Source: a virus
Direction: 5' to 3' (one strand)
IMG/VR virus record: IMGVR_UViG_3300020810_000992
Location: 21,300 to 85,299 of that record
DNA length: 64,000 bases
Numbering within the stretch: position 1 is the first letter of the stretch; each line of letters opens with the position of its first letter. This document shows, piece by piece, positions 9,902 to 18,665 of the stretch. Position numbers and translations under genes: made by a program. The notes under the pieces were generated by a model, which was not told where the DNA came from, ran no database searches, and saw only the letters and a program-made list of their open reading frames with translations.

Positions 9902-10704
9902 TGAAAGCATTAATATTAGCAATATCCTTAGTACTACTTGGCGGATGTAGTACTATGCAAGAAAGCCTAAATATTAAAGACAATGCAGGTCCTGCAACTG
10001 TACAGAGAGCTCCACTTGCAGATAGAATGAATGCAGTACCAGAGTTAGATGGTAAGAAAATTACTATTGCTGTATACAGTTTTCAAGATAAAACAGGACA
10101 GCGCAAACCAGCAGACCATATTGCTAACCTAAGTTCAGCTGTAACACAGGGTGCTGAAGTTTGGGTTATTAAAGCACTACAAGATGTAGGTAGTGGCACT
10201 TGGTTTGATGTAGTTGAGCGTGTTGGTATGGATAACTTAATTAAAGAACGTCAATTAATACGTAACACAAGAGACAATTATGAAAAAGATTTAAAGGAAG
10301 GTCCTACTCCGTTAAAGCCAATGGTATTTGCAGGATTAATTTTAGAAGGCGGAATAGTAGGATATGACAGCAATGTTACCATGGGTGGTGCAGGTGCAAG
10401 ATATTTAGGAATAGGCGCACAAACAGAGTATCGTGTAGATAATGTTACTGTTGTAATGCGCCTTGTGAGCGTTAGTACTGGGCGAGTACTAATGAGCGTG
10501 GCTACGCAAAAGACGATAGCCAGTTATAGATCCGGAGCGGATGTATTCAAGTTCTTTGACTTAGGTACTAAATTAGTTGAAACAGAAACAGGGTACTCGG
10601 TCAATGAACCAGTCAATTATGCAGTTAGGGCCGCCATAGAGGCCGGCGTAATTGAATTAATTTATGAGGGAAAAGAGAGGACTTTATGGAAGTTCAAGAA
10701 ATGA
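9901..10704 (+). CDS. csgG: curli secretion channel lipoprotein CsgG
   Basis: Lipobox LGGC; AVYSFQDKTGQRK, SSAVTQG, WFDVVER, LIKERQLIR, EGGIVGYD, GGAGARYLGIG, NEPV. Confidence 0.93.
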   Translation: MKALILAISLVLLGGCSTMQESLNIKDNAGPATVQRAPLADRMNAVPELDGKKITIAVYSFQDKTGQRKPADHIANLSSAVTQGAEVWVIKALQDVGSGTWFDVVERVGMDNLIKERQLIRNTRDNYEKDLKEGPTPLKPMVFAGLILEGGIVGYDSNVTMGGAGARYLGIGAQTEYRVDNVTVVMRLVSVSTGRVLMSVATQKTIASYRSGADVFKFFDLGTKLVETETGYSVNEPVNYAVRAAIEAGVIELIYEGKERTLWKFKK

Positions 10705-10716
10705 GGGAAAAACTAA

Positions 10717-11430
10717 ATGAAACAATACCTAATAATGCTGTTCCTAGCATTGTTAATGGTACCTGGACCATCCGCGGCTAACGAAATATATATCGACCAA
10801 GTTGGGGATAATCTAGACCTAGACATTGTACAAGATGGATCGAGTAATCAGTTCGGTGATAGCACAGCTGATATTGATCTTGACGGGGACGATATGACAT
10901 TTTCAATTACTCAAACCGGAAATAACAACGACATTGCCGCTATTATTAATGGTAACACATACACAGGTACTTGGAGTTTTACAGGTGATTATAACACTGT
11001 AGACCTTACTTGTGATAGTGGTGGAGTAAATTGTGAAAACATAACACTAAACATTACAACTACAGGAGATACTAACGACTTCACTTTTGCTATTGGTGGT
11101 ACATCTAATTCAGATGGTTCAACTATAGCATTTACTGTAACAGGTGACAACAACATCATAGATACAACAGTTGATGGGGAAAGTGTAGCACTTGCTGTAA
11201 CAATTAACAACTCTTCAAGTCTAGCAACAACCAGTGCTAACGGAGATGAGGGAGTTGCAGTTACTATTGACTCAAGTGGTGATGGAAATACTAACGGACA
11301 TTCAGTTACATTGAGCGTCACCGGTGGTGGTAGCACGTATGATATTAATCAAAGCGGTATTAACGATAATACCGTAAATGCTACATTCAGCGGCGACAAT
11401 CATGATGTGGATATAACACAGAGTGACTAA
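10717..11430 (+). CDS. secreted curlin-like beta-repeat protein
   Basis: Signal peptide; ~22 aa repeats of (Q/T)xGxxN; G/D/N/T-rich. Confidence 0.75.
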   Translation: MKQYLIMLFLALLMVPGPSAANEIYIDQVGDNLDLDIVQDGSSNQFGDSTADIDLDGDDMTFSITQTGNNNDIAAIINGNTYTGTWSFTGDYNTVDLTCDSGGVNCENITLNITTTGDTNDFTFAIGGTSNSDGSTIAFTVTGDNNIIDTTVDGESVALAVTINNSSSLATTSANGDEGVAVTIDSSGDGNTNGHSVTLSVTGGGSTYDINQSGINDNTVNATFSGDNHDVDITQSD

Positions 11431-12566
11431 TGTTTAGAGCTTCACTTATTACTATCCTGATTGGCTTATATATGCCATCTGCCGCTATCGCAGTTCCTGC
11501 AGGTGCGATTGGCGAAATTAAAGGCAGTGGTGCTATTGAAAGAGGCAAGGATGTAATTGAGGGCACAAGTGGCGTAGGTATCGAAATGAACGATACCGCC
11601 GTCACAGCCAATGGTCGTATGAGAATCGATTTCAAAGACGAAACAAGAGTTGATTTAACAGAACATGCTAGATTAACTATTGACGAATTTGTATACGATC
11701 CTGCAAACGATGTTGGTTCACTATCGATCAAGGCAACACTGGGAGGTGTACGTTATGCTTCAGGGCAAATAGCAAAACGTTACCAACAGAATGTTAAGAT
11801 CAAAACGCCGTCTGCTACAATCGGAGTTAGGGGAACCGATTTTGTAATAGTAGTAGATGAGATGGGTGGTAGTATGATTACTCTTCTACCTTCATGTGAT
11901 GTAACAGGTTACTGTTACACAGGTGAGATAGAAGTGCAAACCGATGCGGGCTTTGTCGTCATGAATCAAGCCTTCCAATCAACCATGACTTCCACTAGGA
12001 TGCAACCTCCATCTCCCCCTTTATTATTAGATATAGATGAAAGTATGATTAATCAATTACTAATACTTCGTAAGCGTAATCCATATCAAGAAGAAGAATA
12101 TGAAATTAAAAAAAGATCAATGGCTATGTACGATTTCCTAGGACTTGACTTTTTAGAGTTTGACGGTTTATCTGATGATGCTTTGAATGTTGACGACATA
12201 TGGGTAACAACATTAGATGAAAGTGATTACTTACTAGGCGAATTACTATACGATATGCTAGATCAACTCAATGCCGCGCTGATGGCTATTTTTAAGAGTG
12301 AACTGGACAGGCAAAATGAAACATTACTTAAAGAAGAAGATTCAAGTATGTATGGATTTAATCCAGAGACAGGCATAAGGCTAAACAAAACAGGCACAGG
12401 TTGGCATTGGACGAGGGAAGACAATGGCGGCAACAATTACATCAGCATTAAGATGCATGATCAATATGGTTATTCACTTAATGTACAACAAGGAGACTTT
12501 GCTACTTATGACTACCGTTTGGGCACGAGCACTAATAATAGCATTGACATTGTTCAGTCAAACTAG
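11430..12566 (+). CDS. secreted FecR-domain protein
   Basis: Signal peptide; IDFKDETRVDLTEHARLTID, IKTPSATIGVRGTDF, GEIEV. Confidence 0.85.
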   Translation: MFRASLITILIGLYMPSAAIAVPAGAIGEIKGSGAIERGKDVIEGTSGVGIEMNDTAVTANGRMRIDFKDETRVDLTEHARLTIDEFVYDPANDVGSLSIKATLGGVRYASGQIAKRYQQNVKIKTPSATIGVRGTDFVIVVDEMGGSMITLLPSCDVTGYCYTGEIEVQTDAGFVVMNQAFQSTMTSTRMQPPSPPLLLDIDESMINQLLILRKRNPYQEEEYEIKKRSMAMYDFLGLDFLEFDGLSDDALNVDDIWVTTLDESDYLLGELLYDMLDQLNAALMAIFKSELDRQNETLLKEEDSSMYGFNPETGIRLNKTGTGWHWTREDNGGNNYISIKMHDQYGYSLNVQQGDFATYDYRLGTSTNNSIDIVQSN

Positions 12567-13290
12567 TTGGGCTAACGAAATATACATTGATCAAGCAGGC
12601 GATAACCTTGTGTTGACTGTTGACCAAAAAGGTTCTAACAATCAAGTAAAAGGTTATACAACTGTAGATGCTCCTATCGACGGTGCTAATAATACAGTCG
12701 TAATCAATCAAGGCTATGAAGGCAACAATTTGATCCGAATGGATATAAATGGTACTAACAATGATGTCGCAGTAAATCAAGAGCGTACAACCGCTGGCGG
12801 ATACGATACAGATAGTTACGGATATCATTCATCAAGGATAGAACTAGACGGCAATGGTAATACAGTAGATATTACACAACGCAACAACAGTGGTAGTTCA
12901 GCAGGACACACTAGTAATGTTAGATTCCGTGGAGACGACAATAGTTTGACTACACTTCAAACAGGCACAGGTGGTGCCAACGGACATCTAAGTTGGGTCT
13001 ATACACACGATACTGAGTCTAATAATACAGTAGACATATTTCAAAACAGCGATAGTGCTGATCACAAAGCAACTGTTAGTCTTTATACAGACGGTAACAA
13101 AGTAGATATCAATCAAACAGGCGCAACACAAAACAATGCTTATGTACTATTTTCAAGCAGTGCATCAGGACCTACAGATTTTACACTAAATCAAAACGGT
13201 GGAGACACCTACGGCAATGCTGACACAGGATCATACGCTACAATAAGTTGTGGCAATGTAGGAGGCTGTATAGTTACAGTCTCACAATAA
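12508..13290 (+). CDS. second secreted curlin-like beta-repeat protein
   Basis: Likely start ATG 12508 (ORF track 12424); signal peptide then ANEIYIDQAGDNL, near-identical to the first curlin; IxGxxNxVxIxQ repeats. Confidence 0.75.
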   Translation: MTTVWARALIIALTLFSQTSWANEIYIDQAGDNLVLTVDQKGSNNQVKGYTTVDAPIDGANNTVVINQGYEGNNLIRMDINGTNNDVAVNQERTTAGGYDTDSYGYHSSRIELDGNGNTVDITQRNNSGSSAGHTSNVRFRGDDNSLTTLQTGTGGANGHLSWVYTHDTESNNTVDIFQNSDSADHKATVSLYTDGNKVDINQTGATQNNAYVLFSSSASGPTDFTLNQNGGDTYGNADTGSYATISCGNVGGCIVTVSQ

Positions 13291-13312
13291 TATATTTTTG
13301 GAGGGCAAAAAA

Positions 13313-13699
13313 ATGAAATATATTTTAATGGGCATAGCTCTGGCGGTACTTTTCGTATCACCCGCTTGGGCTAACAAAAACAACGAAATAATGAAACAGT
13401 GTGTACAACAGTTCGCACCAGACTATAACAGAGCCAGTGCTTGTTACTTTGATTGGAAGACAGGTGACAACGCTGTAAAACTAGCAGAGATGCGTGATTT
13501 TCTTAAGCACAATCCACGCTATAGATTTCCAGGACAAAGTCTAAACAAGTGTTGGGGTAAGCCTCGTGAAATGCCATTTGAAAGTGCATACATTGAACGC
13601 ACAGGTGACGGCTTTAGAGCAGGTGTAAGTTACAAAGATAAACTGCCAGCAGGATGCTACGAAACAGCACCATGGGATAACCGTGATGTGGAAAACTAG
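13313..13699 (+). CDS. small secreted protein with four Cys
   Basis: GAGGG SD, signal peptide ending AWA. Confidence 0.65.
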   Translation: MKYILMGIALAVLFVSPAWANKNNEIMKQCVQQFAPDYNRASACYFDWKTGDNAVKLAEMRDFLKHNPRYRFPGQSLNKCWGKPREMPFESAYIERTGDGFRAGVSYKDKLPAGCYETAPWDNRDVEN

Positions 13700-13838
13700 T
13701 ATTGTAATGGTAACCTTCCTTTTCCTAATGCTGTATGGCATATTTGCATACAGTGGCACAAGTCAGATGTATTGGGAAAACGTAGGACCGCAATGGGATC
13801 GTATGCTTAACCCGTGTTCTTACAAAGTTTGTGATTAA
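13686..13838 (+). CDS. 50 aa membrane/secreted peptide (not in ORF track)
   Basis: MWKTSIVMVTFLFLMLYGIFAYSGTSQMYWENVGPQWDRMLNPCSYKVCD; fills the gap after the previous gene. Confidence 0.5.
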   Translation: MWKTSIVMVTFLFLMLYGIFAYSGTSQMYWENVGPQWDRMLNPCSYKVCD

Positions 13839-13896
13839 CATATATGATAATGTAAAATCATTGTACAATAAATAATAGTAGGACGAGGGCAAAACG

Positions 13897-13913
13897 TCCA
13901 TAACGAGGGTAAC
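13897..13913. repeat. 17 bp inverted repeat, left copy (covers RBS of 13917 gene)
   Basis: TCCATAACGAGGGTAAC is the exact reverse complement of 15874-15890. Confidence 0.9.
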
Positions 13914-13916
13914 AAC

Positions 13917-15827
13917 ATGAAAAAGAAACTTTTGGCAAGCGCCGTTCTGGCGGCTTTGCTTTCAACTACGGCTCTAGCCGACACATCAAGCATGAATTCG
14001 AGCGTAACTGGTATGGGTATACTTGAAAACGAATGGGTACGTGCAGGAGTAAACGGAACAGCAGGTACATTTGGTTCAGGAGGCGGCACAAGCCCAGGAC
14101 TATTATTTGATCCAACAGGTACAGGTACATTCAATCCAAGTTACGACTACCTAACACCAGGATCACCGTTTGACGGTTTTAGTGTTAAAGTAGATGGCAC
14201 AAACTACTATAATAACAATGCCAGCGGTACTGCAATCGCAAATGACGGCAACGGACTTACAGACGGTGAAAACAGTTTAAGTTGGACAGGCGGAGTAGAT
14301 AGTGTGTTTAATATTACAAACACTTATTCACTTGCACCAGCAACACCATATGTAGATATTTCATCAAGTATAACAATGTTAACTGATGCAACAACACTAT
14401 CATTTGGTAAGTATATCGATCCAGACAGCCAAGGTATGCCTGGCGATAGTTCAGCAACAGACAACGTACTAGGTTATGGTGTTATTCCAAGCACAAACGT
14501 TGCGTTCTCAGAAGCAACTGTAAGTCGTTATGCACTGGGTATCTACACAACAGACACAAACGTAACAGCAGGTGTTGAAGGGTGGACACAAGAAGCAGAC
14601 GGATATGAAGGTACAAACTATACAGATGCAGATGGCAATCCTGTAAACTATGGTACTGGTGATGACACCATTGGTATTAGTTGGACTTGGACAGGTGTTA
14701 GCACAGGCGATATTTTAACAGCAAGTTATGCTTATATCTTTGGACCAAGTGCATTTGATGCGGCAAGTGATGCTGTAGAAGGCGGAGCAGGTGGTGGTGA
14801 CACTACAACAACAGACAGCTGGGGTACAGTTGAAGATGTTGGTTCAGCAACTGATGCGGCAAGTGGTGGAAGTGAGCCAGTTATCACCTACAGTGATCCT
14901 GTTGTAGACACAGATCGTCCTGTACTAACAGCAAGTATCACACACCACACAGCAAGTGAAACTGTTACTGTGCAAACTATTGACAGAGAAAAAACAACAA
15001 CTGTTACAACACCAATGGAAATTATTACTTACACAGATGGTGTAGAAACTGCTAGAACAGACACAACTAGCGACATCGTAACAACTGTAACTGATCCAGG
15101 ATCATTCACAGGACGTATTGATCAAGCGGCAACTGCACAAGACGTTGTAGGTAGCACACTAAGAACGTTAGACTTCAAAAACATTCAAGGTATTAGATCT
15201 AACAGCAAGTACGACAATGGCATGAGCGGTAGCACAACTGGTGCCGTTATTGGTGGTAACAAAGAACTAGAAAACGGTGTTACTATTTCAGGTGGCTTTA
15301 CAAGACTAGGCACAGCTCTAACAGGTAACGGTGATTCGGTTGATGCAGAAACTACAGCATTTGCTGGTGGAGTTGCTAGAGATGGTGTTAGTGTAGAACT
15401 ACGTCATGCAATGACAGACTACACAATGTCACGTACTATCGGCGACTTTGCTAATACAGGCAAAACAGCAGGTACAGACACAAGTGCTAGAATTATGTAC
15501 TCACCAGAAACAGGCAAAGTAAATCCTGTGTTCGGTTACACACGTGGTAAGCGTACAATGGACGGTTATGAAGAAGCAGGTTCAATCCAGAGTGCTAGAA
15601 CAGTAGCAGAAACAGATGAAATGTATGGTTATGGTACTGTAGGACTACGTGGCGATCTAGGACTAGTTGACTTTACGGCAATGCATCACACAGACGGTGT
15701 TAATGATATTTCATTAGGCTTAGAAAAAGATACAGGCGATGTTACTTGGAGAGTAGAAGGCACAAGAAGCATGACAGACTTAGGTTCAACTAATGCCATT
15801 TCTGCAGGATTGGTAATTAAGTTCTAA
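13917..15827 (+). CDS. secreted/outer-membrane protein with autotransporter-like C-terminal beta-barrel
   Basis: Signal peptide; G/T/D-rich passenger; Thr-rich linker; amphipathic C-terminal strands ending GLVIKF. Confidence 0.6.
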   Translation: MKKKLLASAVLAALLSTTALADTSSMNSSVTGMGILENEWVRAGVNGTAGTFGSGGGTSPGLLFDPTGTGTFNPSYDYLTPGSPFDGFSVKVDGTNYYNNNASGTAIANDGNGLTDGENSLSWTGGVDSVFNITNTYSLAPATPYVDISSSITMLTDATTLSFGKYIDPDSQGMPGDSSATDNVLGYGVIPSTNVAFSEATVSRYALGIYTTDTNVTAGVEGWTQEADGYEGTNYTDADGNPVNYGTGDDTIGISWTWTGVSTGDILTASYAYIFGPSAFDAASDAVEGGAGGGDTTTTDSWGTVEDVGSATDAASGGSEPVITYSDPVVDTDRPVLTASITHHTASETVTVQTIDREKTTTVTTPMEIITYTDGVETARTDTTSDIVTTVTDPGSFTGRIDQAATAQDVVGSTLRTLDFKNIQGIRSNSKYDNGMSGSTTGAVIGGNKELENGVTISGGFTRLGTALTGNGDSVDAETTAFAGGVARDGVSVELRHAMTDYTMSRTIGDFANTGKTAGTDTSARIMYSPETGKVNPVFGYTRGKRTMDGYEEAGSIQSARTVAETDEMYGYGTVGLRGDLGLVDFTAMHHTDGVNDISLGLEKDTGDVTWRVEGTRSMTDLGSTNAISAGLVIKF

Positions 15828-15840
15828 GTAAATAACTGTA

Positions 15841-15906
15841 GAGAGGCACAGTTAGTTCTCCGCATTTAATAACGTTACCCTCGTTATGGAAGCTACTGTG
15901 CCTCTC
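15841..15906 (+). ncRNA. candidate structured small RNA containing the right copy of the 17 bp inverted repeat (15874-15890)
   Basis: GAGAGGCACAGT/ACTGTGCCTCTC 12-bp closing stem, inner ATAACG-TTACCCT-CGTTAT hairpin, TAAATA box at 15829-15834. Confidence 0.55.
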
Positions 15907-15927
15907 GTCATGAGTGCTAAATACTGT

Positions 15928-17985
15928 ATGACGAAGTATATCACACATTGGACAATAGCGTTTGTAACGGCTGTAGTTATGATACTCATACACTACGGGG
16001 ATGGTACCCTTGTCCAAACGGCTCGGCTGAAGCAATTTGATCTACTTCAAACATCGGATCAGCCACTATTATCCCAAGATATTGCGGTAGTCACCATCGA
16101 CGAAACAGCTATTGAAAAGTACGGGCAATGGCCTTGGAAGCGAGATGTTCTAGCAGACATAGTCTGGAGACTTCGAGAAGCAGGTGCTGGTATTATAGTG
16201 ATACCTATTATCATGTCAGAGTCTGATAGACTTGGCGGCGACATGACATTAGCCGAAGCACTTGTAGGGAACGGTGTAGTTATTGCCCAAACGGGAACTA
16301 CGTCTGGAGTTAATCGTAATGCTGTCCCTAGAGGCGTTGCGAAAATTGGTGATCCGTTGCCATTTATGTTTGAATGGCCAGGGATGTTAGGACCAATACC
16401 ATTGCTAGGAGAAAATGCCGACGGTGTAGGAGTGTTAAACACTAATCCAGAAATCGACGGCGTGGTACGTAGAGTACCTCTCCTTGTACGTGTTCAGGAT
16501 GAAACGTACCCTGCTTTAGCAGTGGAGGTAATACGACTTGCAACAGGAGCACCTAGTTATCAGGTTAAAGCTAACCAAGGCGGCATTGAGGCAATTCGTG
16601 TACCAGGTTATCCGACAATAAAAACAGATCCAAATGCACAAGTTTGGTTACGCTGGAACAAACAATTTGAAACTGTTAGCATAGCTACAGAAGATCTAAG
16701 TATTGTAGAAGGCAAAACTGTTATAATCGGAGTAACCGCAGAAGGCATAGGCGGTTTAATCGCTAGTCCGCTTGGACCACAATTTAATTATATTCCATCA
16801 GCAGTGACCCTACAAACAGTAATAGACGGAGATCAAATTCAACGTCCTTACTGGGCACTACTTGCAGAATTGATCACAACAGCAGTCTTGGGCATAGCCC
16901 TTGTGCTACTTGGACGATTTGCACCTTACTGGTTAGTTGGAATTAAATTAATTGTATTTGTGGGAGGACTCGCTTATGTTGCTCATTATGCATGGGCAAA
17001 CTACCTATACCTTTTAGATGTAACAATGCCAATAGTAACTGTTATTCTTGTAGGATTACATGCAGTATTCAATAGATTCGTAAGCGAATTCTTTGAAAAA
17101 CAAAAAATCAAAAAACAATTTGCAGGTTACGCTTCGCCAACTGTTGTTCGTATGCTACAGGAAAATCCAAGTTTAATCAAAGACGGTATGAAGAAAGAAG
17201 TTTCAATTTGTTTCTCAGACCTACGTGGCTTTACACCACTAGGTGAATCGTTTGGTGATGATGTAAAAGGTCTTACTCGCATTATGAATGGGTATATGGA
17301 CAGCATCACACAGCCTATACTTGATGCTGATGGTATGGTTATCAAATACATTGGTGATGCAAGTATGCATGTACACAATGCACCTATTGATGATCCTCAT
17401 CATCCTCGAACAGCAGTCGAAACAGGACTGCTCATGTTAAAGGCAGTGGAGAAATTTAATGAAACAGTTATTATTCCGGAGGGGCGTCCCCCTGTTGGTA
17501 TGGGTGCTGGCATTAATACTGGTCTTGGTTATCTTGGAGAAATGGGATCGACGGCTAGACACAGCTATGACGTCCTTGGAGATGCAGTCAGTACAGCCGC
17601 TCGTATTGAAAGCAAGTGTAAAGAGTACGGATGTTTATTACTTGTTGGAGAAAACACATACGAAGCAACCAAAAACAATTTCTTCTACCTCAAAGTAGAT
17701 GATTTACAAGTTAAAGGTAAAAGTGTTGGACTAAGCATTTATACAGTGCTTGATGGTATGAATAAAACTTCAGATCGTAAGAGCCAAAAACTACATGAGC
17801 AAATGCACGAAGCATATAGATCTCAGCAGTTCGATGAAGCTATTTGGCTTTGCGAAAGATTAATGAGACACTTTGATGGCAAGATGGAAGGTTATTACAC
17901 AATGTGGATTGAACGCTGTGAGTATATGAAAACTCAAGAACTTCCTAAAGACTGGAACGGCGTCTTTATCGCCACAAGTAAGTAA
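15928..17985 (+). CDS. CHASE2-domain class III adenylate cyclase
   Basis: IDETAIEKYGQWPWKR, DGVVRRVPL (CHASE2); three TM helices; FSDLRGFT, KYIGDA, GINTG, YDVLGDAVSTAARIE; likely start 15928 (ORF track 15886). Confidence 0.93.
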   Translation: MTKYITHWTIAFVTAVVMILIHYGDGTLVQTARLKQFDLLQTSDQPLLSQDIAVVTIDETAIEKYGQWPWKRDVLADIVWRLREAGAGIIVIPIIMSESDRLGGDMTLAEALVGNGVVIAQTGTTSGVNRNAVPRGVAKIGDPLPFMFEWPGMLGPIPLLGENADGVGVLNTNPEIDGVVRRVPLLVRVQDETYPALAVEVIRLATGAPSYQVKANQGGIEAIRVPGYPTIKTDPNAQVWLRWNKQFETVSIATEDLSIVEGKTVIIGVTAEGIGGLIASPLGPQFNYIPSAVTLQTVIDGDQIQRPYWALLAELITTAVLGIALVLLGRFAPYWLVGIKLIVFVGGLAYVAHYAWANYLYLLDVTMPIVTVILVGLHAVFNRFVSEFFEKQKIKKQFAGYASPTVVRMLQENPSLIKDGMKKEVSICFSDLRGFTPLGESFGDDVKGLTRIMNGYMDSITQPILDADGMVIKYIGDASMHVHNAPIDDPHHPRTAVETGLLMLKAVEKFNETVIIPEGRPPVGMGAGINTGLGYLGEMGSTARHSYDVLGDAVSTAARIESKCKEYGCLLLVGENTYEATKNNFFYLKVDDLQVKGKSVGLSIYTVLDGMNKTSDRKSQKLHEQMHEAYRSQQFDEAIWLCERLMRHFDGKMEGYYTMWIERCEYMKTQELPKDWNGVFIATSK

Positions 17986-17992
17986 GTATTAA

Positions 17993-18109
17993 CTAGTCCT
18001 TACAATCATCACAATTACACTTAAAGCATACATCGTTTACACAATGTTCGCAATCTTTATCCCTATGACACTCGTGACCGCAATCGCATTCTTTTTCAGA
18101 GTCTGTCAT
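17993..18109 (-). CDS. metallothionein-like Cys/His-rich peptide (not in ORF track)
   Basis: MTDSEKECDCGHECHRDKDCEHCVNDVCFKCNCDDCKD; TAATG coupling to upstream gene. Confidence 0.6.
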   Translation of the reverse strand: MTDSEKECDCGHECHRDKDCEHCVNDVCFKCNCDDCKD

Positions 18110-18444
18110 TATTTTTTTCCAGTGGAGTCAAATACTTGACTACGGCTTTGGTACTTGTTAACTAGGCTTTCTAGTTCTTTTGCTTGTTCTTCTGTAAGAT
18201 TTTTATCTAGCAAATGTTTATGTTCTAGTACCATTGACAATTTCATATTCATACGAATCATGTCGTTATCTAACATTCGTACACGATCAACCAGTTTAAT
18301 AAGTGTACCCATTGTTTCGCCTATAACTGGATCAATAGTTTCCGTTACCCAACCCCATATAAAGTAGATAAAATATCCCATGCCGCCCGCGGCAACAATA
18401 GGAAATCCTAAGTCTTTAATTGTTTGTGCTAGATCTAGCTCCAT
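18109..18444 (-). CDS. small membrane protein (YvrJ-like), paralog of 19735-20013
   Basis: LGFPIVAAGG TM helix then DRVRMLDNDMIR coiled coil. Confidence 0.65.
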   Translation of the reverse strand: MELDLAQTIKDLGFPIVAAGGMGYFIYFIWGWVTETIDPVIGETMGTLIKLVDRVRMLDNDMIRMNMKLSMVLEHKHLLDKNLTEEQAKELESLVNKYQSRSQVFDSTGKK

Positions 18445-18664
18445 GTTTTTTGCCCTCTTCGTATTTCATTATTAGTGTTGATAAATGATCTGACTTTCTA
18501 AGTATACCGTTTTCGTCTACAACAAATACATCGCCAGGTCTATATAGTGCATTAGTTTTGGGGCTGCCGTCTCGATTCTTGCCCATAACTTCTCCAGGCC
18601 AATCACCCTTGACAGTAAAACTACCGTCTGCAAAACTTTCTACATTATAGTCCATCCAAATCAT
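18416..18664 (-). CDS. hypothetical protein
   Basis: ORF in minus-strand operon; likely start MIWMDY. Confidence 0.55.
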   Translation of the reverse strand: MIWMDYNVESFADGSFTVKGDWPGEVMGKNRDGSPKTNALYRPGDVFVVDENGILRKSDHLSTLIMKYEEGKKHGARSSTNN

Positions 18665-18665
18665 T

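Noticed and set aside
13881-13899. GGGCAAA resembling the c-di-GMP-I riboswitch
   Set aside because: No following P2/P3 or tetraloop-receptor elements; only a 5-bp hairpin.
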